From: an uncultured Clostridia bacterium
GTDB taxonomy: Bacteria; Bacillota; Clostridia; Christensenellales; CAMQZB01
Length of the DNA: 64,000 bases
NCBI GenBank assembly: GCA_964406735.1
Contig: CAYOSU010000001.1
Coordinates: 109,924-173,923 of the forward strand
Direction of reading: 5' to 3'
Made by a program: the position numbers and the translations under genes. The notes beneath the pieces were generated by a model, which was given only the letters and a program-made list of their open reading frames with translations, did not search any database and had not been told where the DNA came from. Shown piece after piece: positions 1 through 9,198 of the stretch (the first letter of the stretch is position 1; the number at the start of each line of letters is the position of its first letter).

Positions 1-2
1 CC

Positions 3-389
3 TTGGGCGAGGATGCCGTCAAGGAATACGAAGAAGAGATGAGAACGATCGGCGGTTGGTACGCAAAGTGGCAGGAAAAGCTCGGCGGCAACAAGGAGTC
101 TTCTAACGAGGACGCAAGATTCGTTTTTCCCAACGCCGCAGAGACGAAGATGGTAATGACGATGAACGCAAGAGAATTGAGGCATTTCTTCTCGCTTCGT
201 TGCTGCAACAGAGCGCAGTGGGAGATAAGAGAGGTCGCTTGGCAGATGTTGAAGCTTTGCAAAGATGTCGCACCCGCACTTTTCTCGGGAGCAGGACCGT
301 CCTGCGTAAGCGGCAGATGCCAAGAGGGTGCAAAGACTTGCGGCAAGATGCTCGAAGTCAAGGAAAAATACGAGACGTTAAATAAATGA
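3..389 (+). CDS. thyX: Flavin-dependent thymidylate synthase ThyX, C-terminal part (5' end lies outside the window)
   Basis: The frame is open from the window edge. The translation contains the ThyX-type C-terminal block [41 protein letters not shown], and a TGA stop lies at 387-389. The family was recognised from memory. Confidence 0.7.
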   Translation: MGEDAVKEYEEEMRTIGGWYAKWQEKLGGNKESSNEDARFVFPNAAETKMVMTMNARELRHFFSLRCCNRAQWEIREVAWQMLKLCKDVAPALFSGAGPSCVSGRCQEGAKTCGKMLEVKEKYETLNK

Positions 390-402
390 TTCGGAGATAC
401 AT

Positions 403-1125
403 ATGAAAATAGAAGGAAGAAACGCGATAACCGAAGCGTTAAGGTCGGGAAAGACGATAGATAAAGTGCTCGTGGCGGAGGGCAACACGGACGGCTCTGC
501 AAAGGTACTTTTTGCAAAATTAAAGGATGCCAAGATAAAGATACAGGTCTGCAAGAGGAACGTTCTCGATAAAGAGAGCGAAACAGGCAGACATCAGGGC
601 TTTATCGCTTATGCGACCGATTTCGTATATTCCGAGGTGTCGGAGATACTTGAAGCCGCTAGAGAGCGCAATGAAAGCCCATTTATAGTAGTTCTCGACA
701 GTCTTGAAGACCCCCATAACCTTGGAAGTATCATGAGATCTGCCGAGATATTCGGCGCCCACGGCATAATAATAGGCAAGCACCGCTCGGTCTCCGTCAA
801 CGACACCGTAATAAGGGTCTCTGAGGGCGCTTCCGAATACGTCAAGGTCGCAAGGGTAACCAATATCACAAATACGCTTGAAGAGCTCAAAAAAGAGGGG
901 CTTTGGGTAATAGGCGTAGATATGAAGGGCGAAGACATCAGAACGTCCGATATGACGGGCGGCATAGCGTTAGTCGTAGGTGGCGAGGGCAACGGAATTT
1001 CTCCGATCGTCAGAAAAGCGTGCGACAAGGTGGTATCTATTCCCATGCACGGCAAGATAAACTCGCTCAACGCATCCGTTGCCGCGGGAATTGCGCTTTA
1101 CGAGAGCGCAAAGGGCAGGTATTGA
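403..1125 (+). CDS. rlmB: TrmH/SpoU-family 23S rRNA 2'-O-methyltransferase (RlmB/YacO-like)
   Basis: 240 aa with SpoU methylase motifs LDSLEDPHNLGSIMRSAE, VVGGEGNGIS and IPMHGKINSLNASVAAGIALYE. An SD lies upstream of the ATG at 403. The stop overlaps the next start as ATGA. Confidence 0.8.
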   Translation: MKIEGRNAITEALRSGKTIDKVLVAEGNTDGSAKVLFAKLKDAKIKIQVCKRNVLDKESETGRHQGFIAYATDFVYSEVSEILEAARERNESPFIVVLDSLEDPHNLGSIMRSAEIFGAHGIIIGKHRSVSVNDTVIRVSEGASEYVKVARVTNITNTLEELKKEGLWVIGVDMKGEDIRTSDMTGGIALVVGGEGNGISPIVRKACDKVVSIPMHGKINSLNASVAAGIALYESAKGRY

Positions 1126-1694
1126 TGGACTACGGGAAGTACGGCGACAACGAGCTTGTAGCTTTATCCCGAACGGACGATACCGCTTTAGAGGAGCTTT
1201 TGATGCGCCATAAGGGCATGGTAAAAGCCCTTGCCAGGCGTTATTACGTCAACGGCGGCGACGTCGAGGATCTCATTTCCGAGGGTATGATAGGGCTTTG
1301 CAAGGCAGTACGCTCCTTTGAAGAGGGAAGCGGTGCAAGCTTTACGACGTATGCGTACCTGATAGTCAATCGAGACATGATAAACGCCGTAAAAAAACAT
1401 GCTTCGCAGAAGAACGAGCCACTCAATAATGCGTTGCCGATACGTGACGCAGAGATAGAGAGCGGTGGCGTAGATCCCGAAGAACCCGTACTTTTCGAAG
1501 ACGATAACAAGCGTCTTAACGAGAGGCTGAAAGCCATTCTCAGTTCGCTTGAATACGAGGTAATACTAAGCTATCTTGACGGCTTGTCATACTCAGAGAT
1601 AGCCGAAAAGCTCAAGGTGTCGCAAAAATCGGTAGATAACGCTCTTTCACGGGCGAAGAAAAAAATAGCAGAAAATTTAGGGGAGCAGGAATAA
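1125..1694 (+). CDS. sigH: Sporulation-type sigma factor SigH
   Basis: The internal Met at 1125 (MDYGKYGDNELVALSR...) overlaps the rlmB stop. The region 2 motif DVEDLISEGMIGLCKAVRSFEE and a region 4 HTH (SYSEIAEKLKVSQKSVDNALSRAKKKI) closely resemble Bacillus SigH. The rlmB-sigH adjacency is as in Bacillus. Confidence 0.8.
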   Translation: MDYGKYGDNELVALSRTDDTALEELLMRHKGMVKALARRYYVNGGDVEDLISEGMIGLCKAVRSFEEGSGASFTTYAYLIVNRDMINAVKKHASQKNEPLNNALPIRDAEIESGGVDPEEPVLFEDDNKRLNERLKAILSSLEYEVILSYLDGLSYSEIAEKLKVSQKSVDNALSRAKKKIAENLGEQE

Positions 1695-1695
1695 T

Positions 1696-3198
1696 ATGTC
1701 GTATCTTGCGTTATACAGAAAATATAGACCGACGGACTTTGATTCCGTTATCGGGCAGGAACATATAACCACCACCTTAAAAAATCAGATAAAGACGGGC
1801 AGGGCAGGACATGCGTACCTATTCACCGGAACACGCGGAACGGGCAAGACGACCGTTGCGAAGATATTTGCAAGAGCTGTCAACTGCCTTGATCCTATTG
1901 GCGGAAGCCCTTGCGGCAAATGCAAAATGTGTGAGATGCTGTCAAGACCCGAGGCAGTCGATATAATCGAGCTCGATGCTGCGTCAAACAACGGCGTTGA
2001 CGATTTGAGAAATCTTCTCGACAACGTAGCGTTCCAGCCTGCAGTAGGCAGATATAAGGTATATATCATCGACGAGGTCCATATGCTTTCGATAAACGCC
2101 TTCAATGCGCTGTTAAAAACGCTTGAAGAACCGCCAAAGCACGTTATATTCATTCTTGCGACGACCGAAGTGCAGAAGATCCCTGCGACCATACTTTCAA
2201 GGTGCATGCGCTTTGACTTCAAACTTATATCCACCGAGCGCATATACGAGAATATCAAGCGTATCTACGCCGAGATAGGCAAGGATGCGGAAGATGAAGC
2301 AATATATGCGATAGCAAAGGCAGGCGAGGGAAGTATGCGAGACGCACTCTCGATAGCCGATATGTGCATTGCCGTTACGGACGGAAAACTCACATACGAC
2401 AAGGTTTCTGAGACCGTAGGTAACTTATCGAGAGAGAGCCTGTTTGCTCTTTATAATAGCCTGATAAGCGGCGACGGCGCAGGTGTATTTGCGGCAGTAG
2501 GCGAGTTCGTAAAGCAAGGCAAGAATATTCCGATAGTCGCAAGAGACATCGCTTCGTTGTTCAGAGACCTGTTGTACGTGAAATATACGGGGAATGCTGA
2601 CGGATTGAAACTGCCGAGCGAGATAAAAGAGAAAATGGAAGAGCTTTCGGCGGCGGCAAGCACACAATACTTGCTCAGAGGTCTTGACGTGTTAAACGAG
2701 CTTGACGGCAAACTGAGGAGCAGCCTTTCGCAGAGAATACTTCTCGAGACTGCGCTTTTGAAGCTTGCCGACGTCAAGAACGATTTATCCGTATCTGCTC
2801 TCAATAGGCGTATTGCGATGCTTGAAAACGGCAAGGTAGTAGTTCCGCTCAAGCCCGTTCAGGAGAACGCTGAAAGCGAAAAGACGGAGCTTTCTCCGAG
2901 CGTTGTCAAGGCAAATATGATAGGCGAGCTTCGCCGTCAAGGCGAGAGAATAGCGTTTGCCGCAATGACCCACACTGAGTGCGAGGTAGACGATAAAAAG
3001 GTCAGGGTAATGTGCCAAAGTGCGGATTCTGCCAAGGTGTTGCGAGAAAAGAGTGAGCTTCTTTGCGGAGCAGTCAGGCGCATAGGTATAACGGAAGTTG
3101 AATTTGCGGTCAAGCAAAAAGAAGACACGAGTGAAGAACAAAAAAAAATAAATAAGGCGAAGGCTCTTTCGGGAGATATGCTTGAAATAAAGGAGTAA
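1696..3198 (+). CDS. dnaX: DNA polymerase III subunit gamma/tau
   Basis: 500 aa with Walker A GTRGTGKTT, Walker B IIDEVHML, the SRC motif ILSRCMRFDF and a zinc module CGKCKMC. Confidence 0.95.
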   Translation: MSYLALYRKYRPTDFDSVIGQEHITTTLKNQIKTGRAGHAYLFTGTRGTGKTTVAKIFARAVNCLDPIGGSPCGKCKMCEMLSRPEAVDIIELDAASNNGVDDLRNLLDNVAFQPAVGRYKVYIIDEVHMLSINAFNALLKTLEEPPKHVIFILATTEVQKIPATILSRCMRFDFKLISTERIYENIKRIYAEIGKDAEDEAIYAIAKAGEGSMRDALSIADMCIAVTDGKLTYDKVSETVGNLSRESLFALYNSLISGDGAGVFAAVGEFVKQGKNIPIVARDIASLFRDLLYVKYTGNADGLKLPSEIKEKMEELSAAASTQYLLRGLDVLNELDGKLRSSLSQRILLETALLKLADVKNDLSVSALNRRIAMLENGKVVVPLKPVQENAESEKTELSPSVVKANMIGELRRQGERIAFAAMTHTECEVDDKKVRVMCQSADSAKVLREKSELLCGAVRRIGITEVEFAVKQKEDTSEEQKKINKAKALSGDMLEIKE

Positions 3199-3203
3199 AG
3201 ACA

Positions 3204-3554
3204 ATGGGAAAAGGTTTTTCTAATTACAGAAAGCAGGTATTAGGCGGTGGCGGCGGAATGCCCAATATGCAGCAGCTCATGGAGCAGGCGCAGAAGATGC
3301 AGCAGGACCTTGAGGAAGCTAAAGCAAAGATAGCCGAGGCTGAGTTCGAGGGCACGAGCGGCGGCGACGCGGTAAAAGTAACGCTTTCGGGCGAGAAGAA
3401 GCTCGTTTCGCTTCAATTAAAACCCGAGATAGTCGATCCCGAAGACGTAGAGATGCTCGAAGATCTCATCATTGCGGCATATAACGACGCTTTTGATAAG
3501 GCAGAGAAATTCACGCAGGAGACTATGCCCAGCGGAACAGAGGGACTAATTTAA
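3204..3554 (+). CDS. ybaB: Nucleoid-associated protein YbaB/EbfC
   Basis: 116 aa, sitting in the conserved dnaX-ybaB-recR order, with the typical MQQLMEQAQKMQ N-terminus. Confidence 0.9.
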   Translation: MGKGFSNYRKQVLGGGGGMPNMQQLMEQAQKMQQDLEEAKAKIAEAEFEGTSGGDAVKVTLSGEKKLVSLQLKPEIVDPEDVEMLEDLIIAAYNDAFDKAEKFTQETMPSGTEGLI

Positions 3555-4144
3555 TGGAGAATTATCCAAAGGACATACAAAAGCTCATCAATGAGTTCAC
3601 CCGACTTCCGGGGGTAGGCAAACGCACGGCAACGAGGTATGCTTATAAGGTCATTGACATGACTGAGGATGAGGCGGAAAAGCTTGCAACGGCAATAATG
3701 AACGTCAAGCAAAACATAAGGTACTGCAAAGTGTGCGGCAATTTCACCGACAGCGACGAGTGCGAGATATGCAAACACCGCGATCATTCGGTGATCTGCG
3801 TCGTAAAAGAACCAAAAGATTTGGCTGCCATGGAAAGAACGGGAAGCTACAAAGGCGTGTACCACGTTTTGCACGGATGCATATCACCGCTTTATAACGT
3901 ATCACCCGACGATATACGCATAAGGGAGCTTCTTGCGAGAATAAACGATAAGACAAGCGAGGTAATAATTGCGCTCAACCCCGACGTAGAGGGAGATGCG
4001 ACCGCTATGTATATCGGCAGATTGCTAAAACCTCTCGGCGTAAAGGTATCGAGGCTTGCTCACGGTATTCCTATCGGTCAGGATATAGAGTTTGCCGACG
4101 AGGTTACCCTTTCAAGGGCAATGGCGGAGAGAAAGGAACTTTAA
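3554..4144 (+). CDS. recR: Recombination protein RecR
   Basis: 196 aa with HhH LPGVGKRTATR, a C4 zinc finger CKVCGNFTDSDECEIC, and a Toprim region. Confidence 0.95.
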   Translation: MENYPKDIQKLINEFTRLPGVGKRTATRYAYKVIDMTEDEAEKLATAIMNVKQNIRYCKVCGNFTDSDECEICKHRDHSVICVVKEPKDLAAMERTGSYKGVYHVLHGCISPLYNVSPDDIRIRELLARINDKTSEVIIALNPDVEGDATAMYIGRLLKPLGVKVSRLAHGIPIGQDIEFADEVTLSRAMAERKEL

Positions 4145-4145
4145 T

Positions 4146-4760
4146 ATGGGAAATATCGCAATAACGTACTTAGGGCATTCGTGCTTTGTCGTAGAAAAAG
4201 ACGGTTTCAGATTGTGTATTGACCCGTTCCATAACGTAAAAGGCTACAAGGATGTTTGCGTTGGAGTAAATAAAGTTCTTTGTACGCACGAGCACTTTGA
4301 CCATGCATATAGAGAGGGGTGTCTTGCGCTTTTGAATCTCGTCGAAGACCCGTTTGAAGTCAAAAAAATAACCGTTTCTCACGACGATAAAGGCGGTACG
4401 CTTCGCGGTATGAGTGACATAATAGTTATTCAAAGCGAGGGGATAAAGATAGCGCATTTCGGCGATATAGGCGTTATTCCAAGCGAAGAGGTGCTTAACC
4501 GTCTTGATGGACTTGATGTTGCGTTGGTGCCCGTCGGCGGCACTTATACCGTTGACGCAAACACGGCAAAATCGCTCGTTGAACGCATAAGCCCCAAAAT
4601 AACCGTTCCTATGCACTACAGATGGGGCGATAAGGGCTTTGACAATATCGCAACGCTCAGCGAGTTCACTTCACTTTTTGAAAAAGTAACGGACGACGGC
4701 GTGACAACGCTTGAGCTTCCGTCAAAAGAAAGCGGCATCGTCGTATTGACGCCGCAATAA
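4146..4760 (+). CDS. MBL-fold metallo-hydrolase
   Basis: The internal Met MGNIAITYLGHSCF lies just after the recR stop, and the metal motif THEHFDHAY is present. The track ORF beginning at 4092 overlaps recR. Confidence 0.7.
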   Translation: MGNIAITYLGHSCFVVEKDGFRLCIDPFHNVKGYKDVCVGVNKVLCTHEHFDHAYREGCLALLNLVEDPFEVKKITVSHDDKGGTLRGMSDIIVIQSEGIKIAHFGDIGVIPSEEVLNRLDGLDVALVPVGGTYTVDANTAKSLVERISPKITVPMHYRWGDKGFDNIATLSEFTSLFEKVTDDGVTTLELPSKESGIVVLTPQ

Positions 4761-4771
4761 AGAAAAAAATC

Positions 4772-4806
4772 AAACGCTTCGGACTTCGAAGCGTTTGTCT
4801 GTTTTT
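4772..4806. terminator. Bidirectional intrinsic terminator
   Basis: Hairpin AAACGCTTCG-GACTT-CGAAGCGTTT, flanked by an A-run upstream and T-rich sequence downstream, between convergent genes. Confidence 0.7.
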
Positions 4807-5158
4807 ACGAGATAGTGCTTGACGTATAAATAAGAGGAAGCCCGACTCTCACTTCGCCCGTTTGCTTGATAAGTATCTGGCAGTTGTACTGCCCAAAATC
4901 TTCGCAGATAAATTTATGAGAAAAAGGCGTAACGCCGTAAACGTACGTTTCACCCTCGACGACTTCACGGTATACTTCTTTGAACGCAAGGTGTTTCAGA
5001 CCGTCGATGCTGTCAAACGTTAAGCAAGCACCGTGTTTTGTGTTTGAAAGCACAATTCCGCCCGTTGCGTTTGCAACCAGATCGATTTCGATTACGGATA
5101 AAATTAAAAACGCAAAAATGCAAAACAGGGCGATAGCAATAAAAAAAGTTTTTCTCAT
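4805..5158 (-). CDS. Hypothetical small exported or membrane-anchored protein
   Basis: 117 aa with a hydrophobic N-terminus MRKTFFIAIALFCIFAFLILSV. No motif was recognised. Confidence 0.5.
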   Translation of the reverse strand: MRKTFFIAIALFCIFAFLILSVIEIDLVANATGGIVLSNTKHGACLTFDSIDGLKHLAFKEVYREVVEGETYVYGVTPFSHKFICEDFGQYNCQILIKQTGEVRVGLPLIYTSSTIS

Positions 5159-5287
5159 AGCTATGTTATTGCCCGAAAAAAGCTATTTATTCAAAAAAAT
5201 CATTTACTTGACGGCGTAATTGTGATAAAATATGTATGTCGATAATTGATCGTCAAAGCGAGCGAGCTTTGGCAAAGGAGAAATAAT

Positions 5288-5830
5288 ATGGCAAACGATA
5301 TACTCAAAGTAGATATTAAGGGTTTTGAAGCCGAGCTTCCTATCTTGCAGCTTCCTTCGGGGATCAAGATCGCATTTTTCAATCTTCACGGCGACCAAGA
5401 GCTTACTGAGCATTGCGGCAAGGAGCTTGCGAAATATATGTCTGACTGCGACGTTCTCATAACGGCTGAGTCCAAGGGATTGCAGCTTACGCACGTCGTT
5501 GCGAGAGAACTCGGACAGCGCTATTATGCCGTTGCAAGAAAGTCCAAAAAGCTCTATATGCAGGACGGCATCGAGATAACGATCAAGGCGTCCATAACGA
5601 CGGGCGCTATTCAAAAGCTCTATTTGTCAAAGCACGATACAGACCTTTTGAAGGGAAAGAAGGTTGGTATAGTAGACGACGTCGTTTCGACGGGCAACAG
5701 CCTTGAGGGACTTGAAGAGATTGTTCAGAAAGCAGGCGGCGTAATACAGAAAAAAGCGTTCGTTCTTGCAGAGGGCGATGCGGCATATAGAAAGGATATA
5801 ATCTATCTTGCAACAATTCCCCTTATGTAA
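5288..5830 (+). CDS. Phosphoribosyltransferase family protein (purine/adenine PRT-like)
   Basis: The start is preceded by AAAGGAG. The PRPP-binding loop KKVGIVDDVVSTGNSL is present. Confidence 0.7.
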   Translation: MANDILKVDIKGFEAELPILQLPSGIKIAFFNLHGDQELTEHCGKELAKYMSDCDVLITAESKGLQLTHVVARELGQRYYAVARKSKKLYMQDGIEITIKASITTGAIQKLYLSKHDTDLLKGKKVGIVDDVVSTGNSLEGLEEIVQKAGGVIQKKAFVLAEGDAAYRKDIIYLATIPLM

Positions 5831-5854
5831 ATGACAAAAGCATTATTAAAAACA

Positions 5855-5879
5855 AAAAGCTCGGACGTCCGAGCTTTTT
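5855..5879. terminator. Bidirectional intrinsic terminator
   Basis: Perfect hairpin AAAAGCTCGGA-CG-TCCGAGCTTTT between the convergent PRT and glgB genes. Confidence 0.8.
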
Positions 5880-5895
5880 CTTATATAACACAGAA

Positions 5896-7863
5896 TCAAT
5901 ACAGCTTAAATACGTTGAAAGTGCGGTTTGGAACGTAAAATTTCAAGCAGTTGCGCTCCTTTCTTATTTTGATGTGCCTCTCGTTTGGTGTAAGCCTACC
6001 GTGTCCGCAATATTTCTCGTCGTCTGAGGTAAAAATAAGCTTTGCATTCTTGCCGACGTTCTCAATGGCAAGATCGGTAAAGCTCTCCGTCGGGTTAAAC
6101 GAAACGATGAATAGTAAGTCGTTTTTAACGAACGCAATGATCTTTTTCTCGTCTGAAACGTACACTTGGCGGTCGTGTGTACCAAAAATATCGTGATTTT
6201 TGAGGATCTTGAGCAGATCCTTATTAAACTCGTTAAGACACGAGAATTTAAGATTTTCGTCTTTGCAAAGGTGCCATTGCCTCTTTGCGTACTTATAACT
6301 CCAACCATTGCCCTCACGAGGGAAGTCGATCCACTCGGGATGTCCGAACTCGTTGCCCATAAAGTTAAGGTACCCCTCACCACCAAGAGCCATAGTAATG
6401 CCGTAAATATTCTTATAAAGCGCAACGCCCCTTTCAACGGTGAGATCGTCGTCATTCTTTTGCATATGCCAATACATCTCCTTGTCGCACAAGCGGAAGA
6501 TGATCGTCTTGTCTCCGACGAGCGCTTGATCGTGGCATTCTGCGTAGCCGACGTTCTTTTCGTGCGGACGGCGAGTGGAAAGCTCCCAATAGATATGGTT
6601 CATGTTCCAGTCCTCGTCGCGGCATTCTTTGATAAGCTTGATCCAAAGGTCGGGTTCACCGAGAGCTAAACGGTAGTCAAAGCCTATACCGCCCTCGTTT
6701 ACGGGGATGCACATGCCGGGCATGGCCGACATATCCTCTGCAATGAGTATTGCATTGTCGTTAGTTGCCTTTGCGACGGATGTTGCAAGCTGAAGATAAT
6801 TTATTGCGTCAAGGTTAGTGGAGGGCGAGAAGTATTTTGAGTAGTTATCAAACGCCACGCCAAGACCGTAGTGCGTATATAGCATGCTCGTAACACCGTC
6901 AAAGCGGAATCCGTCGAAATGGAATTTATCGAGATAATATTTGACGTTAGAGAGCAAGAATTTCAAAGTGAAGTTCTTTGAATAATCAAACACCTTAGTG
7001 CCCCAGGCAGGGTGATCTCCCATAAAGAACATATCGTCCGTGCCGTCAAACATAGAAAGTCCCTCGTTGGTATTTCCCGATGCGTGAGAATGAACGATGT
7101 CAAGTAGCACTGCAATGCCTGCTTTATGTGCGCTGTCGATGAGCTTTCTGAGCTCGTCAGGCGTTCCGTAAAGCGACGACGGTGCGAAGAAGTTGGAGAC
7201 CTGATAGCCAAACGACGCATAGTACGGGTGCTCCATGATGCCCATAAGCTGAATAGCGGTATACCCGTCAGCCTTTATTTTCGGAAGCACGTTCTTGCGG
7301 AACTCTTCGTAAGTACCTATGCCGTCCGTTTCGGTTGCCATTCCGATATGCGCCTCGTAAATAACGAGATCTTTGCTCGGTGTAAAGGGCTTTTGCGAAA
7401 ATTTATACTTGCTGTCGAATATCTGCGCCGCCATATCGTAGTGATCGTCGCGCGTAACGTAGTCGGCGAACATCGGTATTTTAAGTTCGTCAAAGCTGTC
7501 TGCAACGACACGCACCTTGACCCTTGATCCGACGATATTTTGAGAAATATTTATCTCAAAAACACCGTCGCCGATAGGCGTAAGCTCGTGACTTGTTCTT
7601 GACCAGCCGTTAAAATCTCCGCATAGGAACAACTGCTTAGCGTTCGGTGCGTATTCACGGTAGATATAACCGTTACCTTCCCTGTGAAAGCCGAAATACT
7701 CGTGTGCGGAAGCGAAATTCAAAAGTAAGGCCGAAATATCTTTTCCATCCTTTGCCGATTCGCCAAAGAGCCGTTTTTCAAGTGCGAACAACCGATCCAT
7801 TCGGAGCTCGATATCCTTTTCGTAAGGCAATAAATAGTTGTCGTATTCTAATATTTTATACAT
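5896..7863 (-). CDS. glgB: 1,4-alpha-glucan branching enzyme (CBM48 + GH13)
   Basis: 655 aa with GH13 catalytic blocks LLDIVHSHAS, FDGFRFDGVTSM, LIAEDMS and YAECHDQ, plus an N-terminal CBM48-like GDFNGW. Confidence 0.9.
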   Translation of the reverse strand: MYKILEYDNYLLPYEKDIELRMDRLFALEKRLFGESAKDGKDISALLLNFASAHEYFGFHREGNGYIYREYAPNAKQLFLCGDFNGWSRTSHELTPIGDGVFEINISQNIVGSRVKVRVVADSFDELKIPMFADYVTRDDHYDMAAQIFDSKYKFSQKPFTPSKDLVIYEAHIGMATETDGIGTYEEFRKNVLPKIKADGYTAIQLMGIMEHPYYASFGYQVSNFFAPSSLYGTPDELRKLIDSAHKAGIAVLLDIVHSHASGNTNEGLSMFDGTDDMFFMGDHPAWGTKVFDYSKNFTLKFLLSNVKYYLDKFHFDGFRFDGVTSMLYTHYGLGVAFDNYSKYFSPSTNLDAINYLQLATSVAKATNDNAILIAEDMSAMPGMCIPVNEGGIGFDYRLALGEPDLWIKLIKECRDEDWNMNHIYWELSTRRPHEKNVGYAECHDQALVGDKTIIFRLCDKEMYWHMQKNDDDLTVERGVALYKNIYGITMALGGEGYLNFMGNEFGHPEWIDFPREGNGWSYKYAKRQWHLCKDENLKFSCLNEFNKDLLKILKNHDIFGTHDRQVYVSDEKKIIAFVKNDLLFIVSFNPTESFTDLAIENVGKNAKLIFTSDDEKYCGHGRLTPNERHIKIRKERNCLKFYVPNRTFNVFKLY

Positions 7864-8115
7864 AGCCGTTTAATTTTAAAAATAATGTGCTCGGTAGTCC
7901 AAGTAAGAATTTAATACTACTACATAAATATTGTATCAAAAATTGGCGGTTTGTCAATACTTTGTTTGAATTGAATTGTCGAAAGTTAAAGTCAATGCAC
8001 CAAAAAATAGTTTTCGCTATTGACAATACACTCAAAAGATAGTAAAATACATATACAGTCAAAATTGGATAGTCTGCAATTTTATGAAAAAGGTTCAGAC
8101 GAAACGGGAAATTAT

Positions 8116-8532
8116 ATGAATAAGAAAAGGGTAATACAAATAGCGATGATCGTATGTGCCGTATTACTGCTGTTGCTGCTTTTCGCAAATCTTTTCAAGA
8201 TATTCGGCGTTGAGCAAGCGCAAGGTTTTAGTACGACGAGAATACTTATATACGAATCTGCACTTCTGATGGTGTTGCTTTTCCTCGGACTTTTGCAATC
8301 GGGCGTAAAGGTGTTCGTTTTTAGGCATAGGAAAAAGCCGAGCGGAATTTCAGCTGAGTATCTTCAAGCGTTTATAGGAGAAAAAGTCGTTGCGACGACG
8401 TTTATAGAGGTCTTCAACGGAATATTGGTCGAGGTTGAGGGCGATTGGTTGAAAATAAAGGACGGCGACATGCGCCCGACGGTACATCTTTTGAGGTCGG
8501 ATATGCTTTTGTCGCTGACGGTCAAAAAATAA
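8116..8532 (+). CDS. Membrane protein with a C-terminal Sm-like small beta domain
   Basis: The internal Met MNKKRVIQIAMIVCAVLLLLLLF is followed by two hydrophobic segments. The C-terminal 55 aa are paralogous to the next gene. Confidence 0.55.
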   Translation: MNKKRVIQIAMIVCAVLLLLLLFANLFKIFGVEQAQGFSTTRILIYESALLMVLLFLGLLQSGVKVFVFRHRKKPSGISAEYLQAFIGEKVVATTFIEVFNGILVEVEGDWLKIKDGDMRPTVHLLRSDMLLSLTVKK

Positions 8533-8559
8533 GGAAAAGAGAATAAGGAGAGGAACAAA

Positions 8560-8748
8560 ATGGAACAGGTAAAGATGTTAAACGAGCTTATTGGCAAAAC
8601 GGTCAACGTATGGACGATAAATCAGTCCTTCAAGGGCGTTGTAGAGGCAGTCGAGGGTGAATGGATAAAGATAGTTGCCGAGACGAAGAAGAGAACGGAA
8701 TACGTTCTCAAAACGGATATGATTGCCTCGATAACCGTTCTTGGGTGA
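8560..8748 (+). CDS. Small cytoplasmic protein, paralogue of the C-terminal domain of the upstream gene
   Basis: 62 aa with a strong SD (AGGAGAGG). It shares the pattern LxxxIGxxVxxxTxxxxFxGxxxxVEGxWxKI...DMxxSxTV with the 8116-8532 protein. Confidence 0.6.
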   Translation: MEQVKMLNELIGKTVNVWTINQSFKGVVEAVEGEWIKIVAETKKRTEYVLKTDMIASITVLG

Positions 8749-8802
8749 TTAAAAGAAGAAAATAAAGCATAGCTAGATCAAAACGAAAATATTCAATAAG
8801 CC

Positions 8803-8832
8803 GAGCCGTAAAATTTACGACTCGTTTTTTTT
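8803..8832 (+). terminator. Intrinsic terminator
   Basis: GAGCCGTA-loop-TACGACTC (one mismatch) followed by T8. Confidence 0.6.
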
Positions 8833-9125
8833 GTTTAAATGCGGTGTTGAAAAGAGAGATCATATTTATCTATAAAGAGTTTTAAGCAGACGGTTTTGCG
8901 GCGGTTTAATTTTTGTTTGTTGTTTTGGGTACAATATAGAAAACAGCTTTGATAAATAGTGATTATCGACTATAAGGCTCAACTAACAGTAAAGCATGGT
9001 ATTACAAAAAGCGGTTATCGGTGTGTCATTAAAATATTGAGGTGTTATTTGCTAAAACGAACAAGATATTCCGAACTGCTGGTCGTTTTTAGCCGCACTG
9101 CTTTGATTAGTATCAACTAAAGCTC

Positions 9126-9164
9126 AATAAAAAACAAACCGCCTTTTCAGTAAAGGAAAGGCGG
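9126..9164 (-). terminator. Intrinsic terminator of degV
   Basis: CCGCCTTT / AAAGGCGG stem. On the minus strand it is followed by TTTGTTTTTTATT. Confidence 0.7.
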
Positions 9165-9198
9165 CTTGTTTATATAAAACAGTCGGGAAATAGCTAAA

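Noticed and set aside
903-1124. N-terminal extension of the sigH ORF (track start 903)
   Set aside because: The extension lies entirely inside rlmB in another frame and is Arg-rich nonsense. The Met at 1125 overlaps the rlmB stop and matches SigH N-termini.
3140-3148. A9 run in dnaX considered as a gamma/tau frameshift site
   Set aside because: It lies only about 17 codons before the normal stop. A slip would change just the last few residues and could not generate a gamma-type truncation.
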